Positions 35,996-48,975 of a DNA stretch of 64,000 bases are shown piece by piece. This stretch comes from Vitrella brassicaformis CCMP3155 (Eukaryota; Protista; Chromerida), in contig CDMY01000416.1 in assembly GCA_001179505.1 (NCBI GenBank), positions 1-64,000 of the forward strand. The letters run 5' to 3'. The notes under the pieces were generated by a model. That model saw only the letters and a program-made list of their open reading frames with translations, was not told the origin of the DNA and made no database searches. The number at the start of each line of letters is the position of its first letter. The stretch's first letter is position 1. A program made the translations under genes and the position numbers.

Positions 35996-38900
35996 CTACA
36001 CGCGCGCCTCTGCCCCCTTGTGCGTCTCCACCCCCACCCCCACTCCTTCGTCCTGCCCCGTGTCATCCACCAGCGGCTCGCTCGTGTCCTCCATCGGAAT
36101 CTCGTCAGGCAGCTTCTCGTGCGACGGGGGCGGCTGGTCCATTATCAAAGGCGACGCCTGAGCAGGCATCTTGACGGCAGACGATGCCGCTGCGCCAGCA
36201 GCTGCGGCGGCGGCAGACGCAGGAGAAGTGGCGGTTGCGGCCTGTAGTGTGGCTGCTGCGGGGTGGTCGAGGTCGTCCTCCGTGTCCGAGGGGTAGAAGA
36301 AGGGGTCGGTGTTGTCCTCGGAGGATCGCACATTCCGGGCGCTGTTGAGGAGCTTGTCGATGTCAGCCAGGCCGGTCTCCACCGAGTTGATCACACGAGT
36401 CAACTGGTCAGCTGAATATATGCCGAACGGAGCACAGCGGCAGAGGGGTCTGTGTGTGTGTCTGTGTGTGGGTGGTATGTGCGGCCACTGACCCATATTC
36501 GCGTGTTCGGTATCGTGTGAGAAGGTACCTTCCAGCGGGGGCAGGGGAGGTTGCTGAACACACACAGAGAGAGAACACGCAAGTGATTGATCACATCCCA
36601 TCACACACACACACACAGTTGCTGTCTGTGGTGCTTTACCGAGACACTTCTGTCGACCAGAGACGCCAGGCTCGCGGCCGCAGCACACAGCTGACTGCAA
36701 CACAACACAACACAACAGAATACACATTGCACACAGCAGGCAGGCAGGCACAGAGCGATATCCGCCTGTCCGTCCGTCCGTCTGGCTAGGCAGCCTGTCC
36801 CTCCCTGTGCTGTGTCCGGTTGTGTGCGTACGTCTGTTGCATTTGTGTGATTTGTCTGAGCAGCTTGAGTTCGCTCTCCATCTTAGTGGCGCGGCGCAGC
36901 AGCGCATCACGGTCCATCCGCACCTTGTGCGCCTCACTGGCACACAAACACACACACACGGACACGCACTCACACACACCGATGCGGCACCAACGCTTCT
37001 TATGCGTCTGTCTGTCTCCCCCACCCACCCGCCGATGAGTCCGTGGTCTCGTTCCTCCTTCTCTGCTTCCTCGGCCGGGGCCTTGCCTGATCGCACGCCA
37101 CGCCCACGCACGGACACACAGATGTGTGTATGTGTATGTGTGTGTGGCTTGCCTTGCTGTGCCTCGGCCGCCTCGGGGCTTCGCTCACTCTCCGCCTCAG
37201 CGGCAGCACGCTTGCGAGCTGACAGACAGACAGACAAAGGGTCGTGTTGTGTGTGTCTTGGGGAGGGGAGGGCGAGAGGGGATGGGAAGGGCTGTTCACC
37301 TTCTTCCTTGACGGTTTCTCTGAGTTGTTTGAGGTTGTCCTTGAGGTCTTTCTCCTCCCGCCTCAGCTCGTCGAGTCGGCTCTGCGCCTCCTGCAGGCTG
37401 GCCTCGCGCATCTCCAGCCCAGACACTGCCGCAACCTCCTCAGCAGCCTCACCCTCGGGCTCGGCGGCCTGGCACAGACAGACGGTCGTAGACAGACAAG
37501 AGCTTGTGTGTTGTCGATGATGTGGTGTGCTGTGGTGGGATGGTTGATGTGCACACCTGTGTGGGCTCGGATATGTCCTGGGGCATGTGTGTCATGGTGA
37601 TGGACCGGGCCCACAGCAGCAGCACAGGGGGGATCTCACGGTGGGAGGACAACTCAAACCACTCACGCAACTGACACACACACACACACACAGACAGACA
37701 GACAGACAGACAGGGAGGTCACACAGCGATTCGTCCACTCAGCCACCCTTGCACCTGTTCTCTCATCTCATCGTCGCTGATTCCGTAGAAGCGCATAGCT
37801 CTGGCCTTGCAAGCCTCGATGAGCTCCTCGTGTGTGAGGTTCTCCACCCCCTCCCACATCATCTCACGGTCCTCCCGCTTGAGCTGCAGCAGGTGGTGCC
37901 GCAGCTGCAGCACCACGTGCGTCTGCAGACCGTACGGCTCGATGCCCAGCATCCGACAGATCACCTGCACACACGCCAGTCAGTCAGTCACCACACCACA
38001 CACACACACATACATATGGGGAGGGAGAGGGAGAGGGAGAGGGAGAGGGAGGGGAATGCGGTCACCTTGAGCGATTCGGCGGACATCTTCTCGAGGTTGA
38101 ATTCGTCCTTGAAGAGCTTGGCGAACTGCAACACCTCCTTCACGCTGAGGGAGGGACCGATCAAGGTGGAGCGAGAGGGACAGACACACAGACAGACAGA
38201 TGACGGAAACCCACAACAAGAGGCGCAAGCCTGCCTGCCTGCCTCAACGCATCCATCCTCCGTGCCCACCTGAGGAAAGGGCTCTCTGACTCGTCTCGCG
38301 TGATGAGCTTCTCCTGGAAGCCGCGCAGCACCCCAGCCTTGTCGCGATGGCTGTGGTCAGGCGCCTCTGACACACACACACACACACACACCCCAAGCGG
38401 ATGAATGAATGGACGGCGAAGCGGCACACCCCAAGCGGATGAATGAATGGACGGCGAAGCGGTAGCCTAGCCTGCACTCTCACTCTCTCTCTCTCTCTTT
38501 CTCACCGAGGATGGATTTGGTTCTCTCGTTGACGATTTCCTGGAAGAAGTTGGCCAGTTCCTGCTTGGCCTTGAGCTTCCGGGAGAGGTATGCGCTGTCG
38601 TACTGCTTTTCGAAGAAGGTCGACGGCAGCATGTTGGGGAAGAGCCGCAGGGCGAAGGGCAGGGCCAGCTCGCCGAGTGGGATGATGATGAAGAGGGAGA
38701 AGGGGATGAGCTTGAACATGTCGGTGGTCGTCCGCACCAGCAGCTTGTGCTCGCGGTAGGACAGCGGCAGCCCCGTGAGCTTCTTCTTGACGAGCTGCGT
38801 CGACACCCGGATGTTGGCCACGAACAGGGCGAACCCCGTGTAGACCCACTTACACCAGTGGATAGTCTCCTTCTTGATGTCGTGCCACCACTTGATCAGC

Positions 38901-39367
38901 ACACGGGGGTCGCGACGCACCTGCAGCACCATGCCCCACACCACCTTGCCCAAGTCAACCGTCCACTTGACCGCCGCCGCCGTCTGCTTCTTGACCCAAC
39001 TCGCCGCCGACACCACGCTCAGCTGACTCGTCTTGACCGGCGGGCCGTAGACAGCCTTTGTCATCCCGTAGGGCACTGTCGTGCTGTACAGCGAGTACCG
39101 TCGCAGCGTCTGCCACCATAGCACCCAACTCTCCTCCTTTTCAGCTGTCCGCGGCAGCCAGTGGACGTCACGCGACAGCCATGATGAGTTCCTCGGCTCC
39201 TGGGGCTGATTGCTGGTGCTGGAGTGGCGCACAAGCACCAGTGCGGCGTAGCTGGGAGACGATGGGATACATGCCTGCCGCAGGAGGCTTCTGGACAAGA
39301 CGCCGGGCCGTCTGAGGACCGCTGCACCCACTTGGCGCGTGAAGGAGCGGGCGATGATGGAGCTCAT
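35996..39367 (-). CDS. LETM1: LETM1/Mdm38 mitochondrial inner-membrane protein
   Basis: Arg/Ser-rich presequence, then REHKLLVRTTTDMFKLIPFSLFIIIPLGELALPFALRLFPNMLPSTF, FAKLFKDEFNLEKM, WEGVENLTHEELIEACKARAMR and a coiled-coil C-terminus. Confidence 0.93.
38387..38462. repeat. Perfect 38-bp tandem duplication in a LETM1 intron
   Basis: CACACCCCAAGCGGATGAATGAATGGACGGCGAAGCGG occurs twice, head to tail. Confidence 0.9.
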
Positions 39368-39631
39368 GGCTGGCAGCTGCTTGCCGTTGCTCGGCAGCCT
39401 TCGTAGCCTGAGATTTCCCTGACCTTCTTCTCTTGGCTGCTAGCTTAGCTTGCATACGGCGCGAGCTTTTTGTCGGCCGCTCCGGATCTGGCCTCAGCGC
39501 CAGGCATACAGCTGCAGAGATGCACGTGGCACCAGGTGAGGGCAAATAATGGACAAACGATGTATGTACCTTTTTCACTTCTTCAGCCAGCAACTGGCCA
39601 ACTAGTGCTTGTGGATGCCTGTGGCTGACTG

Positions 39632-40716
39632 ATGTCTGTAGGCGCCGTGAACTGACATTTGGGAGATCTTGGGCTTGCCCTGACGCCTATAGATGCGATG
39701 CCGCTGCTTTTAAAAGGCTGCCACGTACGCTGGAAATACATCGACGAGGGCGAGCAGAGTGGGCGAGCCCGAAGTCGCCTCATTTGTGTATGTGTTGTGC
39801 CGCAGGTGATGGCCTCGAGATCGCTGCAAGCGTGTGACAATGTCTGACATAGACCGGTGCGAGGCGGTGGGCCGCCCGATGGGTTCGCGAGCGTTAATGC
39901 CATCAGCTTGTACGGCTTCCCCGCGGCAGCTCGAGCCGCACCTCGCGGCACAAAACGATGCAGCTGGTCTGGGCAATCATTCGCCGAACATTCAGCGACC
40001 CGTACGCCGTGACGGACCTCACTCGCCAGGGAGCTGATCCGAACTGCAGCCCAGAACTGCATCAGACCGGCAGCGGCGAATGGCGAGCCTATCCGTTGCT
40101 GTGTCTGGCGATTGACAATTTCACCCCCTGCGTGCCGATCGTGAAGACAGGCGATACCTCGCGGCCCGTCGCGTTGCCGAGGTGGTCGAGGCCTCAGCTT
40201 GAGAGGGACGTCCTGGAGAGGGGCGTCCAAGGGGGCGCTCTTATCAACAGCATCAGCAGCTCTCGTGACATGGAGAGATGGGTCATCACCGCCCTCGTCA
40301 ACGGTAGCGCGGGCATCAACAGCGGCTATCGTGAGAGGGCCATGGTCACCTTTAGACAGGGGCATCATGGTGGCAGTGCAGGGGCCGTCGTGGGCAGCGT
40401 CGCCAGCGGCCTTCTCGGCCTCAGCCTCGCCCCCAGCGCAGGCATAGCCGCAGGTGTCGGGAGTGCTGCATTCGGTGCCGGGCTGGGGTGGCAGCTTGGC
40501 ACAACCGCCGCCAACTGGTATGTCGGTTGGCGATTCACCGCAGCGGGTCCGGGCGGCGCATTACGGCGTCCTCGATGTGATTTTATGGTTTGCTGCTTGG
40601 TGTCCTCTGCTGTGTTGACTGGCCGACTTGCTCCTCCGTGGTTTGGATTGACTGGCAAGTGGACAGCCATTTGTATGTATCATGCTGATGAGAGCTGTGC
40701 TGCAGTCTGTGCATAG
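39632..40716 (+). pseudogene. Disrupted member of an expanded orphan/ankyrin-associated family
   Basis: Protein-like segments (QGADPNCSPEL...YPLLCLAIDN, GGALIN, GSAGIN) are preceded by frames broken by in-frame TGA codons and frameshifts. Confidence 0.5.
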
Positions 40717-43387
40717 GCATGCAGGGGTGGGAGACTGAAGGGGAGAGAGAAGGAGGTGGGGCAGTCAGTAGTTTGGCTGATCATGCATGGCTTTCCTTTT
40801 CTTCTGTGCGCCGACTCACTCACTCGCTGACTCTCTAAGCCTGTGTGCAGTGCAAATGGGGGATTCACGATCTGTTCCGTTGATGAGCGTGTGTGTCCGT
40901 CCATACCTGCCTTCACACGTATGCGCTCTGGTCTGTTTTGCCCGGGTTGACTCTTTCAGATGGTGCAAACATGACTGACACACAATATGCACATCAGCAA
41001 GTACATCAGTGGTTGCATGCTTGTGCTCTTTGGAAAGAAAGGAGCCTGGCAAATTTCCGTCTGCAGGCCAGGCAGCACTCCTCTTTAGATAGTGCTCTCC
41101 CTACGGGTACGTACAGAGAGAGAGAAAATGAGAGACGGAGAGTGAGGTGTCTGTCGTTCTGCGAGTGTGTCTGGCTGGCTGGCTGCCTGGTGCACCAGCA
41201 CACGAGCAGGCGGCCCTTCGCTGATTTGGGCGCGGCGCCAAAGCCTTCTGGCCGGAAGAGACGAGACAGACACAGAGAGGTGTAGCAAAGAGGAAGGGAC
41301 ACGTGTCCTGCCTGCCTGCCTGCATGAGAAAAACAGCGCGTGTGAAAGGAGTGCATGCATGAAGGAGCACGGACAAACAGCCTGTATGTCTGCAGTGCAA
41401 TGAAAGTCTGTGGCATGCACCTTGTGGGCGCTGCGTATGCAAGACTGGCGGTGTCGGTCATGTCATGCATCTCATGCTGTCTACTTACTGACTGTCTACT
41501 ACTTACAGACAGACAGACAGATGGCCCCACAGGCACGAGCCTGTGGGGCCATCTGAGAGAGGGCGACAGGCGCGCTGACGGTGGCACAGCGGCCGGGCAT
41601 TGTCCACTCGGGATACGAGCGGCACCAGGCGAGTTACTTGGGGACGCCCCTCTCCCAGCCGTACTTACTGTGTGTACTGTGTGTGTCTGGATGGATGGAC
41701 TGATGGTCAGGCTGAGAAGATCCGGTCAGGCTGGCGTGTGAATCTGGTGGTGTGGGGGCGCAGCTCGGCCGTCCGCAACGACCGGTGTCCGATGTGCCTG
41801 GCTTCGCCGCCCCGCGTCTACCGTGTGTGGGGAAGGAGGGGAGGGCTTCACTGTGTGTGGCGAGGAGGACAGCAGTAAGAGGGTGACAGTGATCGGCACA
41901 CTTGAATGAGGGAGGGAGTGAGTGAGCCGAGAGGGAGGGAGTGAACCGAGAGGGAGGCAGGGAGGGACGGCTGGGGGTGTTGATAGGGAGAGGTGCGTGA
42001 GCGTGGGAGGGGAGGGAAGACACACACAGTATAGTGTGGTGTGGTGTGGTGGGGTTCGCTGGCTGACATTTTGCCACAGTGTGGGGTTCTGGAAGGCTAA
42101 CCAAGTCGAGGCAGGAGAGGGCCCACTCACTCATTCATTGACCTGTGCCAGCCAATATAATGTGGTCGGTCGTTCGGAGCGCTTGATGGAAAAGACAAAG
42201 GAAACGGTCCATCCATCCGTGGACTGAGTGCAACGCTGCAGCCAGGCCATGGAAGTGACGTGCGCGGCCAACACCACCCACGCCAGACAGACAGATAGAC
42301 AGACAGACAGACAGCCGATGGGATCACACAAATCACATAACAAACAAAATGACCATAATTAAAACTCTGTGTGTCCCCCCCTTGTGTTGTGTCAACCCCT
42401 CTGTGTCCGTGTGTCTGTGTGTATCCCGCCCGTCTGAAAGAAATGGTGCACTACTCGGCTATCTAATGCTGCCGTGGTGTGCCGGGGTGCGGTGCGGTGC
42501 GGTGTGTGGGCTGCATGGCAAGGGATGGGAGATAAGGGACACACCACACAACACAACACGTACACACACACGTACACACATGTCACACATATCTTTCGTC
42601 GTGTCGCGCGTACCAGTTGGGCTCAATCTAGATATTGAGAGAGCTTCAGTTTCTTCCCTGTCCTGAAGCCTCACTCCGGGATATCATCATCATATTTGTA
42701 GTATTTTTGTGTTTATAATCCGTGCCGACCTACAGGCACACAGGCAGGCAGGCAGGCATGAAAACACACAAACAACGCTGACTGGACTGACGATTGATGT
42801 TCTTTGTCTGTATGGCATGCGTGATCCCTCCCTTACGTACGATGAGGTAGTAGAGACTTTTGTCAAAATCTCCTGTTCTGTTGCGTCCTTTGAACCTTCT
42901 GGCGCTGAAGAGGCATGCCTGATCTTGCTCGGGGCGGTGACCTCTACCAGCTGGCCAGAACCTTCCCCCCGCACAGCCGTGGCCATCTCCCTCGGAAACT
43001 AAACCTAGTAGTACCCACAACATCACACATCCATCTATCGGCTGTTGGTTCGCAACGAGATGGTGCTCCACCCACAAGGTAGCATTCCGTCAGCCCGCTG
43101 GAAACACACACGATGGGCACAGACACATACCAGGAGAGATCTGTCCATCCATCCATCCATCCATTTCCCCTACCCGACGGCGAATTCTCCGCCGATCGTG
43201 CAGTCCTCCCCCTCGCAGGCGTCTGCATCTGCATCTGCACATCCATCCATCCATTCCGCCACTCACATGGAGGGGATCCGTCCATCGGATCTCACTCCGC
43301 CTCACTCCGCCTTGGCGTCTGGACTTACCGAGGCCGTGTTCGGTGTGGATCTCTTCGCCCGCCGCCAATGGGCCGCAGAGGGCAATG

Positions 43388-44248
43388 AGCGCAAAGAGCA
43401 ACGCCAACATCGCAGATCTGCCCGCCATCATTTTCTCGCGCTACCATTCTCGGGACGTTCGATGGCCAGGAAGCTGTTGTAAACAGCCCTGTGCGAGCTC
43501 TCTTGAGGGGGTGGGGACCATTAGGCATGGATGGATGGATGGATGGATGGATGTGGTTGCAGGATTCTCTGTCGGCCAACAGCAAGGTCCGAGATCTGGC
43601 ATGTGACGCGCTCAACACGGTGGGCAATGCCCGTCCGCATGTGCATACCATCCAATGGCATAGAATGGTTTGTTTGGTGCAGGTCGGTTTTGTCGAGTCG
43701 GCCGATGGCCGACATCTCATCATGCCGGATGGACTCACTCACAATAGGTGCGTCCGTGCACACACCTTGGTGCGAGAAGGCGTCGACCGCTCGCCTCAGT
43801 GTGCTTCAAGTTGCTAACGATGTGATGTGCCATGGCGCCCCTGGAGGCTGATTAGCGCCCAGATGTCCATTGACGATCAGGCCGCCAAGGCAGGCATCGC
43901 CATCGATAAGCGTGCGGCGCCCCCTCCCACACAACACACCCACACGACGATGCACGGACACCCAGAGCATGGCAGCCCTCCACTCACCATGTGTGTGTCT
44001 CCGTTCGCACGTTATGGATACGGCCAAGAGTTCTACCACACGTCCGAGGCGCCCTGCTACCCCCCTCCCCCTCCCCCGCCCCCACTCAGTCACTCTCGCC
44101 TCCCCCTCCAGGCATTCACCAGTACATGGCCCCCGATCCATCGGCTCACGCGCAGCAGCACTACGGCCGCCATGACGGCGGCTATGTCGCCGTCAAGCAA
44201 GAGGAGCAAGAGGATTACCGACACGACAGTGGTGAGAACAAGCAGTAG
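43388..44248 (+). CDS. Small hypothetical multi-exon protein
   Basis: GT-AG-bounded segments DSLSANSKVRDLACDALNT | VGFVESADGRHLIMPDGLTHNR | LISAQMSIDDQAAKAGIAIDK | ...IHQYMAPD...SGENKQ*. Start uncertain. Confidence 0.4.
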
Positions 44249-44927
44249 CGCGCCAGCCCCTGTCCGCAGTCGTAAAGCCGTGCCTCTCCTTTCTCCCTCT
44301 GGTCTGGACAGGTAACTCGTGTGTGAGTATGAGTTTGCATCTGGCCCACATGCCGCCCCCCGGCCTCGCCCCTCCCGCCGCACGCCCCGATACCATGCCG
44401 CCCAACCTGCACGAGCCACTCCAGCCGGCGTCGCAGGTGTCACGCAATGAGTCGGACGTCAGGGGTGCAAAGAAGGAGGCGGAGGGGAGCGAGCTGGATG
44501 GTTGGATGTATGCATGACAAAGGGCCACGGGTGGACTGATGCGGGAGGGAGGGAGGGAGGGAGGGAGGGACGAGCGGGCTGACGCGTGGATGCGTGTGTG
44601 AGGTGGTGTACGCTTCTCTGTCTGGCGGTGCCTTTCTGCCTCCCTGCCTCCCTGCCTGCCTGCCTGTCTGCCTGTCTGTCTGTCTGTTTGTGCGTCTGTA
44701 GATACACACATACATACATCTGATGGACCGATCTGATGGACGATGGTTAACTAAACGAATGGAACGCACACATATACACGTCAGTACTCACCACAGGGTG
44801 AAGATCTCTTCACATCCTCTTGATAGTGCTCCCACAGACACGTTAATCGAGAGTGTGTCGGTCGGTCTGTCTCTCCCTACTCACTCACACACACGCACAG
44901 CACACATAGATCAGCCGACGCCATTCG

Positions 44928-46221
44928 TCAGCATGACCTGGTCATCTGTCCCCCGTGGCCCTCCCCACGACCCATTCCGCCCATCACCACCGTCGCCCCC
45001 TGTCGCGTCAGCTCCCCGCCCACCGCCGACCGGAGACCGCACTCAACGGTGTCGCGCAACTCACCTTCAAGCACACACATCGACATAACACAGACACAGA
45101 GAGAGAGGGAGGTACACTTTAAAGTGCTGTGCTGTGCTGCCGCGTAGCGTACCGGCAGATTGCTGAAGCACCAGCAGCTGGTGGTCGAGGGAGGCGTTGG
45201 CCTGCTGAAGCTCCGCAACCTCCCTAGCGTAATCAGACTGAAACCACACACACACACACACACTCACACATACAGACATACGCCACACACTCGTGCCGCG
45301 CCACCCAGCCAGTCGGCCGCCCACGTACCTCTTTCTTAAGGTTGGTGGGCAAGGGCGGCATCATGCCATCCTCTCCGCCACAGATGAACCGCCTCAGCTT
45401 GGTGTAGTGGCCCGTCAGCCGCCGCACCCTCTCCTCCACCGCACCGTCGAACACATCGGCCATCTCGCGGCCGTTGCGCAGCCTGGTCCGCTCCTCGTCC
45501 ATCATCCGCTCGAGCGACTCACGGGAGAGCCCACTGGCCGCCCTCTCTCTCTCCCGTTCCCTGCGCCGCCTCTCCTTGTCACGGACCCTCTCCAGCTCCC
45601 TCTCTCTCTCCCTTTGCCGCTCCTTCTGCAGCTCTCTCTCCTTCTCGCGGTCCTTTTTGGATAACTTTTTCTTGCCGCGCCCCTTGCCGGAGGCCCTGCT
45701 CTTGACCTTGACCTTTGGCTTCGGCTTCGGCTTGGCCGCAGGGGCCTTGCCCTGCGCCGCCCTCTGCTGGTCTGCCGATGAACCTTGCTGCTGTTGCTGC
45801 TGCTGGGTGGTGTCCCCAGCTGCTGCTGATAGTGGCGCTGCTGTCGATGGCTGCTGTTGCTGCAGGGGCTGTGTGAGGATTCTGTCGAATTTCTGGAGGG
45901 CCTCGGGCGAGGTGAGGGTGGGGAGGGAGAGGGGAGGTGCCTCGAACAAGGCCAACGCCAGACAACCCTGATCAGACAGACCAGACAGACCAGAGATGCA
46001 TGGACACACACAACACACACACATCCATCGACGGTGCGTTGCTGTGTTGATGTGTGCGGTGCGGTGCGGCGCAGGCGTCCGCCAGGCTCACTCACTTGCA
46101 GCTCCTGATAGAGGTCACTGATGGCCAGGCGGATCAGGCCTCCGCGGTCACCCGCTTTCGCCGCGGCAGATGGAAGATCTCGAGGAGCAGCACTCGAGCC
46201 GCCCTCTTCGGCCTCAAGCAT
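44928..46221 (-). CDS. Hypothetical coiled-coil protein with a Lys/Arg/Glu-rich tract
   Basis: MLEAEEGG...DLYQELQ | GCLALALFE...KGRGKKKLSKKDRE(KE/RE)n...PTNLKKE | SDYAREVAELQQANASLDHQLLVLQQ. Last exon uncertain. Confidence 0.55.
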
Positions 46222-47248
46222 GTTGCAAGTGAGGAGCTATTCCGGTCCTTCCCCCCTTTGCACGTCTAAGCCCGCAGGGTTTGGAACCCTGCCGACCGAC
46301 CGCTGGGCTTCGAGGCTTTTTCCCATTGCAATGAAGTGCCCATGAAGGCTGCTGCCGCGCTCATTGAGTCCGAATGTATGAGGTGAATGCGGCTGGTGTG
46401 CAGCAGTGGGCGGCAGACGCACCCAGACATTCACACACAGCGCTTGAGGCCTGGGGCTGGGAGGCCGGGGAATGACTGCTGGTGTGATGGGCTGTCTGTG
46501 TGCGGCGGTTTGACCGAACGGCCTTGCGTGTGTGAGAAGTGGGTATGCCGCAGGAGGGGTATCGATGGGGTGAGTGCGGTAGAGTGCGGTGAAGTGGTGA
46601 GAAATGCAATTTGGTGGAAAGGACGAATGGCGAAGCGGTGCGTGTTGGCATCTCACAGAACAACTTGCAGTAAAGCTCCACAGTCAATACTCAAGTCTAC
46701 ACGGCATCGCCAAGTTGGCCAAAAGCCCGTGGACACAGAGAGAGAGCGAGAGACAACCGAGTGAGTGCAGAGGGTGGATGCGTGTGTGTGGGGGGCTATG
46801 GGATGCACACACACACGACAGACACACACAGACACACTCAGGCTCGCCGATCATCCATCCATCCATCCATCCAGCAGTGGCCCTGAATAACACAAATACA
46901 CACATGTTCGTTCATACGTAAGCGCCTTCAAGTGTGTGTCTGTCTGTCTGTGTGTTTGTGGCTCTCCTCTCCTCTCCCCCCTCTCCACTCACCTGTCAAT
47001 GGGTCGATGTGTTGTGACCAAGAAGGAAAGAGAGAGACAAGGAGAAAGAGGGAGACAAGGCCTTGTGTTCAGAAACCAACGAGTGTGCTAAAAAAAAGGC
47101 GGGTTACAATGTCGGCGGGCAGAGAGAGGAGGGCACCGACATTGTAACCCGCCGTGCACACCCGTCCGGATATAAAATGTAGGCAGCGATCATCCAACCA
47201 TCCATCCAACCATCCAACCATCCAACCATCCATCCAACCATCCATCCA

Positions 47249-47548
47249 NNNNNNNNNNNNNNNNNNNNNNNNNNNNNNNNNNNNNNNNNNNNNNNNNNNN
47301 NNNNNNNNNNNNNNNNNNNNNNNNNNNNNNNNNNNNNNNNNNNNNNNNNNNNNNNNNNNNNNNNNNNNNNNNNNNNNNNNNNNNNNNNNNNNNNNNNNNN
47401 NNNNNNNNNNNNNNNNNNNNNNNNNNNNNNNNNNNNNNNNNNNNNNNNNNNNNNNNNNNNNNNNNNNNNNNNNNNNNNNNNNNNNNNNNNNNNNNNNNNN
47501 NNNNNNNNNNNNNNNNNNNNNNNNNNNNNNNNNNNNNNNNNNNNNNNN
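47249..47548. other. Assembly gap (300 N)
   Basis: Run of N within the array. Confidence 1.
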
Positions 47549-48675
47549 TCTCCTCTCCCCCCTCTCCACTCACCTGTCAGTCAATGAATGGGTCGATGTG
47601 TCGTGACCAAGAAGGAAAGGGACAAGAGACAAGACTTCCCGCGTTGTAAATAATTGCAGAGACTGGAGTTGTGTGAAAAAAAAACCTCTCTCGCGGCGGA
47701 AAGGCCAGCCGCTGAGAGAGGGGGTGCACACATTACTCCAACAATATAAAATGTAGGCAGCGATCATCCAACCATCCATCCAATCATCCATCCAACCATT
47801 CATCCAACCATCCAGCCAGCAGTGATGAAGAGGTGGCCCTGAACGAAACACACACACACACACACAAACACACATCTTCGTTCATACGTTTGCGCCTTCA
47901 AGTGTGTCTCTGTCTGTCTGTGTGTGGCTCTCTTCTCCTCTCCCCCCTCTCCACTCACCTGTCAGTCAATGAATGGGTCGATGTGTCGTGACCAAGAAGG
48001 AAAGGGATAAGAGACAAGACTTCCCGCGTTGTAAATAATTGCAGAGACTGGAGTTGTGTGAAAAAAAAAACCCTCATGTTCGTTCATACGTTTGCGCCTT
48101 CAAGTGTGTCTCTGTCTGTCTGTGTGTGGCTCTCCTCTCCTCTCCCCCTCTCCACTCACCTGTCAGTCAATGAATGGGTCGATGTGTCGTGACCAAGAAG
48201 GAAAGGGACAAGAGACAAGACTTCCCGCGTTGTATAATTGCAGAGACTGGAGTTGTGTGAAAAAAAAAAACCTCTCTCGCGGCGGAAAGGCCAGCCGCTG
48301 AGAGAGGGGGTGCACACATTACTCCAACAATATAAAATGTAGGCAGCGATCATCCAACCATCCATCCAACCATCCATCCAACCATCCATCCATCCAACCA
48401 TCCATCCATCCAACCATCCAGCCAGCAGTGATGAAGAGGTGGCCCTGAACGAAACACAGACACACACACACACACACACATGTTCGTTCATACGTTTGCG
48501 CCTTCAAGTGTGTCTCTGTCTGTCTGTGTGTGGCTCTCTTCTCCTCTCCCCCCTCTCCACTCACCTGTCAGTCAATGAATGGGTCGATGTGTCGTGACCA
48601 AGAAGGAAAGGGACAAGAGACAAGACTTCCCGCGTTGTAAATAATTGCAGAGACTGGAGTTGTGTGAAAAAAAAA

Positions 48676-48975
48676 NNNNNNNNNNNNNNNNNNNNNNNNN
48701 NNNNNNNNNNNNNNNNNNNNNNNNNNNNNNNNNNNNNNNNNNNNNNNNNNNNNNNNNNNNNNNNNNNNNNNNNNNNNNNNNNNNNNNNNNNNNNNNNNNN
48801 NNNNNNNNNNNNNNNNNNNNNNNNNNNNNNNNNNNNNNNNNNNNNNNNNNNNNNNNNNNNNNNNNNNNNNNNNNNNNNNNNNNNNNNNNNNNNNNNNNNN
48901 NNNNNNNNNNNNNNNNNNNNNNNNNNNNNNNNNNNNNNNNNNNNNNNNNNNNNNNNNNNNNNNNNNNNNNNNNNN
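48676..48975. other. Assembly gap (300 N)
   Basis: Run of N within the array. Confidence 1.

Noticed and set aside
47821-47842. GTGATGA...CTGA in each array unit resembling snoRNA C and D boxes
   Set aside because: Only 10 nt separate the boxes and there is no second C'/D pair or terminal stem. The CTGA coincides with the minus-strand acceptor.
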